NCBI GenBank assembly: GCA_036381015.1
Contig: DASVDR010000001.1
Span: 5,325-69,324, forward strand
Source: Gammaproteobacteria bacterium
GTDB taxonomy: Bacteria; Pseudomonadota; Gammaproteobacteria; Steroidobacterales; Rariloculaceae
DNA length: 64,000 nt
Reading direction: 5' to 3'
A program made the position numbers and the translations under genes. Each line of letters begins with the position of its first letter. Within the stretch, counting starts at the first letter, position 1. Below the pieces are notes generated by a model. It was not told where the DNA came from, made no database searches, and saw only the letters and a list, made by a program, of their open reading frames with translations. This document shows, piece after piece, positions 1-8,169 of the stretch.

Positions 1-410
1 GCCGCGTAGTACACGACATCGACAGTGTCGCCTTCTCCGATATTCGCGAGATCGACATCGTCCCCCGCTTGCACCGTGAACTCTTCACCGTCGTCGGCCC
101 GCAGTGAAACGATCCGCGTCTCGGGTTCGACTTCCATGACGGTTGCGCGGGCTTCCTCGGTCTCCTCGACGAACGCTGGCTCGTCGAGAAGCGCGACTTC
201 CTGCTCCTGCTGTTGCCCTTGCTGCGCTTGCGGTTGCCCTTGCTGCGCTTGCTGCTGCCCCTGCGGCGCCTGCTGCTGGTCCTGCCGCTGTCCTTGCTGC
301 TCCTGCGCGAACGAGCCGGCCGCGAGCAACGCGGTGCCGGCCGCGGCGACGATCAATGCACTTCGGCTCGAGACAGGCGACCCCATGCGGGTCATGGGTC
401 GGTGCTTCAT
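1..410 (-). CDS. secreted Gln-rich protein, N-terminal part only (gene runs off the left window edge)
   Basis: Absent from the ORF track because it is open at the edge. My reverse-complement translation from ATG 410..408 reads MKHRPMTRMGSPVSSRSALIVAAAGTALLAAGSFAQEQQGQRQDQQQAPQGQQQAQQGQPQAQQGQQQEQEVALLDEPAF...TVQAGDDVDLANIGEGDTVDVVYYA with no stop down to base 1. SD AGGGAGAA lies just upstream. The N-terminus looks like a signal peptide. Confidence 0.6.
   Translation of the reverse strand, partial: MKHRPMTRMGSPVSSRSALIVAAAGTALLAAGSFAQEQQGQRQDQQQAPQGQQQAQQGQPQAQQGQQQEQEVALLDEPAFVEETEEARATVMEVEPETRIVSLRADDGEEFTVQAGDDVDLANIGEGDTVDVVYYA
213..254. repeat. 2 x 21-bp tandem repeat (20/21 identical) encoding the Q-rich QQAQQGQ segment
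   Basis: ttgcccttgctgcgcttgcgg (213..233) is followed directly by ttgcccttgctgcgcttgctg (234..254). Confidence 0.8.
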
Positions 411-864
411 CGATTTCTCCCTTCTGACGACGTTCCGAAACACTCCTTTCCGGCAGCGGTCGCGACGAGCGACAGTGCTGTCCGAAAGGGCGGAGTTCGC
501 CATGGTCACCGGTCTCGGACAATGCGACCTTCGTCCTACTCCCCGGCTCTCTCGGAACCTTCGGGTGCCGCCTCGCTCGCGTATCCGTGACTGACTGCCG
601 ACCGCCGCATGAGACCAAGGATCAACTGCAACCGCTGCGGGTAAGCGCAAGGCTCGTGCGTCACGGCCCGCATCGACCATGGCAGCCTCGGCCGGTGACG
701 CCTGGGCATCTCGTGTGGGTTGCCGACCAGAGAATTGGACTTTGGGCCGATGTCCGGACGGCCCCCGCGGGGAATACTCTGCTCCGCTATGACGCCTCGA
801 GCTCGTACTTGCGCGGGCGTCGAAGCAGCTTCGTGATAGGACGTCCGATCGAGCAGATCATTCG

Positions 865-1878
865 ATGAGAATGAAAGCTTCGAAGCAGCTCGTCGTGCTG
901 ACGTGCACCTACCCGATGCTCGCAGCCACGAGCATCGCGCAGGACGATGCCCTCCCCTCCTGGAACGAAGGCCCCACGAAGGAGGCGATTCTCGACTTCG
1001 TCGCGAGCGTGACGACCGAAGGCTCCGAGGACTTCGTTCCCGTCGACCAGCGCATCGCCACCTTCGACAACGACGGGACATTGTGGTCGGAGCAGCCGAT
1101 CTACGTGCAGCTCGCGTTCGCCCTCGATCGCGTCAAGACGCTTGCGCCCGAGCACCCGGAGTGGAGCTGGCAGGAGCCGTTCAAGTCGGTCCTGGCCGGC
1201 GACGTCGAGCACGCGCTCGCCGGCGGGGAGCAGGTGATCGTCGAGATTCTCGCCGCGACGCACGCCGGGATGACGACGGACGAGTTCGAGCAGATCGTCA
1301 CCGACTGGATCGCCACGGCCCGGCACCCGCGGACGGGCAGGCTCTATACCCAGATGGTCTATCAGCCGATGCTCGAGCTCCTCGAGTACTTGCGGGCCAA
1401 CGGCTTCAAGACGTACATCGTCTCCGGCGGCGGCGTCGAGTTCATGCGCCCTTGGACCGAGCGGACCTACGGCATTCCCCCCGAGCAGGTCATCGGCAGC
1501 CGGGCGGAGCTCAAGCTGGACACGCGGGACGGCACGCCGGTGCTGATCAAGGAGCCGGAGGTCGACTTGGTCGACGACGGTCCCGGCAAGCCCGTAGGCA
1601 TCGAGCAGATGATCGGCCGCCGCCCGCTGATGGCGGTCGGCAACTCGGACGGCGACCAGGAGATGCTCGAATGGGCGACCGCGGGCGAAGGGCCGGGATT
1701 CGCTCTGCTCGTCCACCATACCGACGGCGAACGCGAGGTGGCCTACGATCGCGACTCGCCGATCGGGACCCTCGACGAGGCGCTCGACGCGGCGACCGAA
1801 CGAGGCTGGACGATCGTCAGCGTCGAGAACGACTGGAACACGGTCTTCCCGCCGGCGCGGATTACCGATGCGCGATGA
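865..1878 (+). CDS. secreted HAD-superfamily hydrolase (phosphatase-like)
   Basis: 337-aa ORF with a signal-like N-terminus (MRMKASKQLVVLTCTYPMLAATSIAQD). HAD motif I is FDNDGTLW (DxDGT). Later motifs are IVSGGG and an acidic GNSDGD. Confidence 0.85.
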   Translation: MRMKASKQLVVLTCTYPMLAATSIAQDDALPSWNEGPTKEAILDFVASVTTEGSEDFVPVDQRIATFDNDGTLWSEQPIYVQLAFALDRVKTLAPEHPEWSWQEPFKSVLAGDVEHALAGGEQVIVEILAATHAGMTTDEFEQIVTDWIATARHPRTGRLYTQMVYQPMLELLEYLRANGFKTYIVSGGGVEFMRPWTERTYGIPPEQVIGSRAELKLDTRDGTPVLIKEPEVDLVDDGPGKPVGIEQMIGRRPLMAVGNSDGDQEMLEWATAGEGPGFALLVHHTDGEREVAYDRDSPIGTLDEALDAATERGWTIVSVENDWNTVFPPARITDAR

Positions 1879-2118
1879 CCCCGCGGCTCTGTCTCGTCGT
1901 GCTCGATCATGCCGTCCATATATTCGCTGTCGCCGCGCTTGTAACGGCCGCGATGCTCCGCCCGGACATGCGTGCGCAAGTACGTGCGCCCGCGGCGTCG
2001 GCCGAAGGTCCAATCGAAAGCTCGACCGAGGAGGCTGTTGAAATCGTCGACTCCACCGCGCCTCGACTGATTCCGCAGCGAGGTGCGGGAAGCCCACCTC
2101 GAGAAGGCGTGACAGCAC

Positions 2119-2856
2119 GTGACTGAAAGTACAGGTATCTTCTTGACGAGCGGTCTGGGTGCACTGCTCTTCTGCGCAGCCTTTCTCTTCGGCGACAAGA
2201 TTCGCCCGTTGCGGGCGGTCATCCACGATCCGCGCAGCATCGCGTCCTTCGGGGCGGGAGTCTCGACGGCGTACGTCTTCGTGCACCTGATGCCCGAGCT
2301 TGCCGAGGCGCGGGAAGCGGTCGCCTCTTCGGCGTCGCGCACGCTTCGCTACGAGGGAATGGTGATTTATGTCGTCGCCCTTACCGGATTCCTGGCTTTC
2401 TATGGGCTCTTGCACTTTCGCAAGCGTGTGCGGGCGAAGAGCGCGGAAGGCGGCGAGGCCGCCTTCCGAGTCGACATGGCTGGATGGGGCTGCTACGTGG
2501 CGATCGCGGCCTACCTTCTTTCGCACACTCTCGACGGGACAACGGCTTCCACGCTCACCTACGCGGTGGCCATCGCTTTTCATCTCGTGGCCGCGGATCA
2601 CGCATTTCGGCGGGAGCACGGCGCCGCTTACGCGGGCAAGGGCCGGCTCGTTCTCGCGGCCGCCGCGCTCGCCGGGTGGTTGCTCGGCGTGCTCGTTGCG
2701 CTGCCGTTGACCGTGACCGCTGCCGCCGTCGCTTTCGTCTCCGGCGCAGTGATCATCAACAGCGCCGTCATGGAGTTGCCCGCGGAGAAGGATGGCCGCT
2801 TCTTCGCCTTCGCGATCGGCAGCGCCGCCTATACGGTGATCCTGACGCCCCTCTGA
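2119..2856 (+). CDS. polytopic membrane protein, possibly a ZIP-like metal permease
   Basis: GTG start, 245 aa, multiple hydrophobic helices. His/Glu-bearing helices (FVHLMPELAE, AFHLVAADHAF, NSAVMELP) resemble ZupT/ZIP proteins. The product call is tentative. Confidence 0.55.
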   Translation: MTESTGIFLTSGLGALLFCAAFLFGDKIRPLRAVIHDPRSIASFGAGVSTAYVFVHLMPELAEAREAVASSASRTLRYEGMVIYVVALTGFLAFYGLLHFRKRVRAKSAEGGEAAFRVDMAGWGCYVAIAAYLLSHTLDGTTASTLTYAVAIAFHLVAADHAFRREHGAAYAGKGRLVLAAAALAGWLLGVLVALPLTVTAAAVAFVSGAVIINSAVMELPAEKDGRFFAFAIGSAAYTVILTPL

Positions 2857-2967
2857 CTGAATCCGGCGCCGGGCGGCAGAGCCGGTAAAGTTGGACCAGA
2901 GTCCAATAGCCGGCCGTGTTCGTAAGAGCTTAACATTGCGGCTCGTGTCGAGACCGATCGCGCCGTC

Positions 2968-3462
2968 GTGGCACACACCCCTTCGAGAAATCAGGCCTTC
3001 CTCGCGAAGACGGCGATGGCGCTCATCGTCGCGGGCATCGTTGCGGGCTCGCTGTGGTACGGCTTCTCGTCGGACGTCGAGCAACGGATCTGGCGGGATC
3101 TAAGCGAGCGCCCCGGCGGACCGATGACCTTCCGTTTGATCCTCCAGCCCGCGATGGCCGCGTTGGTCGCGATGCGCGACGGTATGGAGGACGCCAGAAC
3201 CGGCCGTTCGCCCTATTTCTGGACGCTGCTCGTCGATAGGCGGGAGCGCGGCCCTCGGTTGCGGGAAGGCGTCATCGCCACTTCCAGAATCATTCTTCTC
3301 GGTCTCGTCATGGACGTCGTCTATCAGCTGACAGTTCTCGACTCGTTCTATCCCGGCGAGGCCGTCATCGTTGCGCTGCTGCTCGCCTTCGTGCCCTACC
3401 TGCTCCTCCGCGGACCGTTCGCTCGCATCTCAGCGTGGTGGCACGCGCGCCATTCCGGTTGA
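2968..3462 (+). CDS. hypothetical membrane protein
   Basis: 164 aa, GTG start (alternative ATG at 3016), 3-4 hydrophobic segments. No family recognised. Confidence 0.5.
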   Translation: MAHTPSRNQAFLAKTAMALIVAGIVAGSLWYGFSSDVEQRIWRDLSERPGGPMTFRLILQPAMAALVAMRDGMEDARTGRSPYFWTLLVDRRERGPRLREGVIATSRIILLGLVMDVVYQLTVLDSFYPGEAVIVALLLAFVPYLLLRGPFARISAWWHARHSG

Positions 3463-3712
3463 CCCCGAGACGGGAGCGCTGCGCCCCGGCGACGAGCTGC
3501 CGGGGCTTCTCGCCGAGAAGCTCGTGATCAACGCGAATACCGTGTACGCAGCATCCGCGGGCCGGAGCCGGCTCCCGTTGTAGAGCCTAGAGCCGGCGCC
3601 CGAAGTGGGAAGGTAGCCGGAGACACGGCGGCGGTTGCCTGAAGGGGCACTGTCCCGAACCGGGCCCCGGCGATGGAGCCCGGTTCGGGCGATGGCCGCC
3701 GGTGCGGGCCGC

Positions 3713-4516
3713 CTAGGTGCAGTCGGCACCCGTTGGATTCGGTCCGATCGGACAGGCCTCTACGACGGCTGCGTTGTCTTCCGCGTCGTCGCTGCCGACT
3801 CCGCATTTCGGATGACCGAAGCCGCTCGGGCTGCTTGCCGCGGGGGTACCGTGCTCGTCCGGCGCGAGATCGTAGATGATGTTGTCGGTGCCGTCGGGGG
3901 CTACGCCGCCGGGCACGTTGTCGAGCTCGAGCGCGTCGCGGAGCCGCCAAGCGATATTGTGATCGGCGCACGACGAATCGCCGCTCACACCGACTGCTCC
4001 GAGCAGGGTGCCGTCCTGTGCATAAAGCGCGAGACCGCCGCCGAAGACGTTGACGCCGCCCACGAATTTGCCGACGAGCGGGTCCTGAGCCGTGCCGTAT
4101 TGCTGCGGATTCGGACCGTAAGCGACGCTCGGGTCCACAGGGTTGCTGTGTTGAAGCCCGAATAGGCTTTGGCCGGACTGTGTCGCGAACCACAAGTTCG
4201 CCGTCGAGAGCGCGAGGTTCGGCAGACTGAAAGCATTTGCCGTGTTCGCTTTCTGGGCCGAGATGACTCGGCTGCCGGGCCATTGATCGCCGCGGTCAGA
4301 GCCCGTCATCGCGACGGCGCAGACGACACCATCGCGGTTCACGATGCTGCCCCACATGTTCAATCCGAATCCGCCGTTATCGCGGGCCTGCGCCGCTGAC
4401 AGAGCCGTTTGGAGCTCGTCGTGCGAAGGTAGGTCGTTACAGTCCTGACCTTGCGCCAAGACGGTCGAAACGACGCCCAACGACAAAGCCGTCGCGAAGC
4501 ACACTTTTGCGCACAT
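3713..4516 (-). CDS. secreted GlcG/HbpS-like (DUF336) heme-binding family protein
   Basis: The track ORF extends to 4609. I start at ATG 4516 because a strong SD (AGGAGG) sits 8 nt upstream and it gives a signal peptide MCAKVCFATALSLGVVSTVLAQG. Family-typical segments are GGFGLNMWGSIVNRDGVVCAV, QWPGSRVISAQKANTANAFS and GAVGVSGDSSCADHNIAWR. Confidence 0.8.
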   Translation of the reverse strand: MCAKVCFATALSLGVVSTVLAQGQDCNDLPSHDELQTALSAAQARDNGGFGLNMWGSIVNRDGVVCAVAMTGSDRGDQWPGSRVISAQKANTANAFSLPNLALSTANLWFATQSGQSLFGLQHSNPVDPSVAYGPNPQQYGTAQDPLVGKFVGGVNVFGGGLALYAQDGTLLGAVGVSGDSSCADHNIAWRLRDALELDNVPGGVAPDGTDNIIYDLAPDEHGTPAASSPSGFGHPKCGVGSDDAEDNAAVVEACPIGPNPTGADCT

Positions 4517-5083
4517 CGCCGGGATCCTCCTACACCGAACTGCGATAGATTGCGACCTCATCGTCGCGGCCGGCGCACTACTCGAGGACTTGCGTAAAAG
4601 CCAGAACACATGTCCGGCCCCGCCATTGAGGCTCCGATGGACCTGCGAGCCGCTGGGGAGACGCTTCGGGACAGCTTCCCCAGCCTACAGCGAGTGTGTC
4701 GTGCTCATGCTGACCCCAGACTCGGGTGCAGGTCGCGCTTTTCGCGCCGGAAGAAGGTAGCACTCGTCGGCCGGCGTCGGCAGCCGGTGCTCGTGCCCAT
4801 GCCATCCCCCGGCGGGCGTACACTCTCTGCCATGAACTTCGTCGGGAGAGTCCTCACCCTGCCCTTCCTCGCGGTGATGATCCTAGCCGTGTGCTTCCTG
4901 CCCTTCTCTCCGATCGTGATGCTGGTGGACCCGTCGGCCGAATCAGCGCTCGTGCTTCTCGTGCTGCTCGGGATGTGGCCTCACGCGGACCGCCTTCCTG
5001 CTCGCCCGCAGGGCCGGTCGCGTCAGGCGCCCAGCTCGAATGGCGCGGGGTCCCGTGCCATGGCGATAATGTCGAGAGACGCT

Positions 5084-5536
5084 CTACTCATCCGGCGGAT
5101 GGCTCCAGTAGTAGTGAATCTGGAAGGCATAGCCGTAGGCTAACCAGAGGCAGCCGGGCGCCAGGACGGCCATCAGGAATGCGAAAAAATACCGGACATC
5201 ACCGGTCCCCGGCCTGACGAAGACCAGCAGGTAGAGCAGGGCGAGGCCGGCCAGGAGACCCGCCAGCGCCATCGTTCCCATCACGGCCGTCGCCAGCACC
5301 TTGACGGCCGTATTCCTCGTCTTCGCGAGCGCGTGCGGCGCGAGCACGATACCGAAGAAGATGCTTGCAGCGAGGGCTGCGATGGCCCCGGACCTGAGCG
5401 TGCCGTCGAGCACCCAGAATACCGCGAACAGCATGGCAATCATGAACACGGCATACCCCGGACCTCGCGGGGTATTGTCCGAGTAGCGGCCGAACCGGCT
5501 CCCGATGACGAAGGGATAACGCCTTTTCTTATCCAT
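5084..5536 (-). CDS. hypothetical membrane protein
   Basis: 150 aa with four hydrophobic helices. No clear SD and no family recognised. Confidence 0.5.
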   Translation of the reverse strand: MDKKRRYPFVIGSRFGRYSDNTPRGPGYAVFMIAMLFAVFWVLDGTLRSGAIAALAASIFFGIVLAPHALAKTRNTAVKVLATAVMGTMALAGLLAGLALLYLLVFVRPGTGDVRYFFAFLMAVLAPGCLWLAYGYAFQIHYYWSHPPDE

Positions 5537-5791
5537 GCCGCCGGGGATGACCGTACGAATGCCACACCGACTGCCGGCTTTCAGTCAAAGCAGGCCGCCG
5601 CCGTCTGTCTTTCTGCATCGAGCCTCTCCAGCAATCTGCCCGTCCACGGCAGGTTGTCGATCACCACAGTGCCCGCACCTGGCTTCAAGCGTGTCTACTC
5701 CGATGTCGGCGTCAGTCATTGATTGCTCATACCGGGCGGCGCGCCGTCTTCCGCTTCTTTTCTCTCGATCTATTCGGCAGGACCCATGCCT

Positions 5792-6085
5792 TTACGCATC
5801 GCAGAAAACCATTCCAGAAAAACAGCTTCTCTTCAGGCGCCGGCCGGTGCACGGGTTGAGCGCGCCAGAGGGCACCCCTTTCAGGGTAACCGCCAGGAGC
5901 GTGTACAGCGTATACCCGTTGATGGCATTCGGGCTGCTGACCACGTATACGGGAATAATCGGCTCCTTTTGGTTGAATACTCGCCACGCGATGTTATAGA
6001 GGTAGATTGGCCATAGCACGACAAACCCGATCACCGGGATCAGCACGAACAGCACGATAAATACCCAGACCAATGCGTCAGGCAT
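5792..6085 (-). CDS. small hypothetical membrane protein
   Basis: 97 aa with SD GAGGAAGG upstream of the ATG. N-terminal TM segment is ALVWVFIVLFVLIPVIGFVVLW. It lies in a visibly lower-GC patch. Confidence 0.5.
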   Translation of the reverse strand: MPDALVWVFIVLFVLIPVIGFVVLWPIYLYNIAWRVFNQKEPIIPVYVVSSPNAINGYTLYTLLAVTLKGVPSGALNPCTGRRLKRSCFSGMVFCDA

Positions 6086-6128
6086 GGAAGCCTTCCTCGT
6101 TCAGCTGACCTGAATGATCAGGGGGCGC

Positions 6129-7043
6129 TCAGGCCTTGCGCACGTTGCCAGGTTTGCACAGGAAGCCCTGGACTTCACACTCGTTTGTTACAGGTTCGCT
6201 GCGGTCGCCATTCCAGCATCTGAGGGGAATCGTGTGGTGCCCTGGGCTGAGCCGCCAGTAGCCGGCAGATATCTGGTGAAAAATCGAATCGAATCGGGGT
6301 TGATCGGTAAGCGCTTCCAGGTCGATGGAGATTGGCGGGGTTTCAGCAAGGAGGGCCATGCCCGGCGGCACCTCGGCAATCGGCGCCGCAAAATCATCGC
6401 CGGCATGAGGTGCGCAGTCACAAGGCACGCGATGCTCGAACCAGTAGCGGCCGGTCTTGTCCTTGCCATCGACAAGGCTTCCTTTGCAGTGGGGCTCGAA
6501 CGTTTCCGGGTCCGCCCCCTGTATGACATCGGCAAACACATAAACCCGGCTTTTGTCCTTCGCCAGAATCGTTGTCAGGGGCTGGAGAGTCTGAGGATCG
6601 GCTCCAGGAATCCGGATGTCGCCCTCATAGGCGCAATGTTTATCGACCTGGTGGTTCAGACCGATATCCCGATACGTCCTGTAATCGCATACGAGGGCGC
6701 CTCTCCTGTCGCCACTGTATATGGTTCCGCCCGCGGGATCAGGTTTCGGCTGCCCGGGGTTGTACTGCCCGATGAAGGCGTCGGGCAGGGCACCGCTTAA
6801 CCGGTAGATGCCGTTCTTGTCCCGTCCATATTCGTACGTGAGCTGCTCGAAAGTCGATGGGTCGGCGCCGGCAACTTGTTCGACTTCCCCGGTACCGTAC
6901 TGGTAGTAAACAGCGTCGCTCTCTATCCGGTATCCCGGATCGTATTCGCAGGCGATCACAGTTACCCCAGCACCTATGGCCACAGCCGCGGTGCGAAGGC
7001 TCATGATGCCCGTTAACCCGCGTTTGTTTTTGTCTATGCGCAT
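6129..7043 (-). CDS. DKNYY-family lipoprotein
   Basis: Repeated family motifs: GADPSTFEQL...DKNGIY, GADPQTLQPL...DKSRVYV, GADPETFEP. Lipobox-like AGVTVIAC. An alternative start at 7004 gives MSLRTAAVAIGAG. Confidence 0.8.
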   Translation of the reverse strand: MRIDKNKRGLTGIMSLRTAAVAIGAGVTVIACEYDPGYRIESDAVYYQYGTGEVEQVAGADPSTFEQLTYEYGRDKNGIYRLSGALPDAFIGQYNPGQPKPDPAGGTIYSGDRRGALVCDYRTYRDIGLNHQVDKHCAYEGDIRIPGADPQTLQPLTTILAKDKSRVYVFADVIQGADPETFEPHCKGSLVDGKDKTGRYWFEHRVPCDCAPHAGDDFAAPIAEVPPGMALLAETPPISIDLEALTDQPRFDSIFHQISAGYWRLSPGHHTIPLRCWNGDRSEPVTNECEVQGFLCKPGNVRKA

Positions 7044-7593
7044 TTCGATTGCCCCGCGATCGGAGACTCATCACGGCTGTCAAACGGCAAAGCCGAGCTC
7101 CCGGAAGGGCTTGGCCAACCTGCCGGACCCGGCCAACCAGTCGACAGCGTCCAGCAGGCCGGGACCGATCCTGTACACGTTTTCTTCGTTGCGAAGGAGG
7201 ATATTGCGCACGGTTTAGAGGATCCCGAGCGCATCCTCGCATCTCGAGCGCCCGGCCGATGAAGACGACCGCACCCCCTTCGCTTCGCGCGCCCTCGCCT
7301 CAGTCGCCGTCGCGGTGAGCAGGCACCCGGCGCTCCAAGCTCGCGACGCTTGCGGGCGGCTTCGCTGCGCCCATGCGCTGGAGCGGCATCGGGCATTGGC
7401 CTTGAGTCCAACAGCGTACGGCCGGCCGTATGGCTACCATCGACCGCATCCTGACAGTTTGACGCTTGTACCGGGAGGTCAGCGGTCGAACCGGGAATAG
7501 ACCACCGCGCACCCTCACTGTGTCGGTGCTCAAGAGCTCGACCGGGCCGTCCCGTCGCAGTGTCGTGTGCAAAGCCCGCGAAAGGAGAAATTC

Positions 7594-8077
7594 ATGTTTG
7601 CGCACCTCTTGTCACGCTTCTGGTGGCTGACGTTGCTGCGAGGAGTTCTATGGATACCGTTTGGCTTCATCGTTTTCTCTCAGCCCGCCCTCTCGCTCCT
7701 TTGGCTCACGCTGCTCCTTTTCGAACCCTGCGATCACGGGGCTCGCGCTGCTGTTCTACATCGCCGTGTGGGCATTGGTTACCGGCTTTCTCGACGTGAT
7801 CGCCGCGATTCGTCTGCGCCGAGAAATCACCGGTGAATTCTGGCTCGTCCTTGCGGGACTGCTATCGATCGGCTTTGGAGCGCTCCTCATGGCACGACCG
7901 GGGGCCGGCGCACTGGCCATCCTTTGGCTCATTGCAACCTACGCAATTCTCTTCGGCGTGATTTTGGTCGCTCTTGCGGTAAAGGCGCGAGGCTTCGCGA
8001 GGAGGATCGAGACGGCCGTCGGCGGGTCTGCGCAGTCGGCGCACGACGACGCGATGGTTCGGCCGACCATGCGGTAA
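7594..8077 (+). pseudogene. HdeD/DUF308-family membrane protein, reading frame broken near 7675..7760
   Basis: ATG 7594 has SD AAAGGAG. The N-terminus MFAHLLSRFWWLTLLRGVLWIPFGFIVFSQP (frame 1) matches the DUF308 WW..L.G signature, then runs into Arg-rich nonsense. The remaining repeats (NPAITGLALLFYIAVWALVTGFLDVIAAIRLR, FWLVLAGLLSIGFGALLMARPGAG, LAILWLIATYAILFGVILVALAV) continue in frame 2 to the stop at 8077. Confidence 0.65.
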
Positions 8078-8169
8078 TCGATTTAGGCGTGCAGTGGAGC
8101 GGCCGCGCAGGGCGAATTCACGCACCACGCATAAGGACCAGAAGGTCATCGGCGAAAGGAGAATTTTCG

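Noticed and set aside
1879-2118. A 240-bp spacer whose minus-strand translation (…GRTYLRTHVRAEHRGRYKRGDSEYMDGMIEHDE…) looked briefly like a toxin or nuclease fragment.
   Set aside because: I could not match it to any family motif with confidence. There is no start or SD context, and it is probably non-coding.
787-3084. 765-aa minus-strand ORF spanning the HAD and membrane-protein genes.
   Set aside because: Its Arg/Ala/Gly-rich composition is typical of antisense reading in high-GC DNA. It lies antisense to two ORFs that have clear family motifs.
4832-5143. Possible small membrane protein (MNFVGRVLTLPFLAVMILAVCFLPF...).
   Set aside because: Only one or two hydrophobic segments are followed by an Arg/Ser-rich tail. 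It overlaps the 3' end of the convergent gene by 60 nt and has no SD. Support is insufficient.
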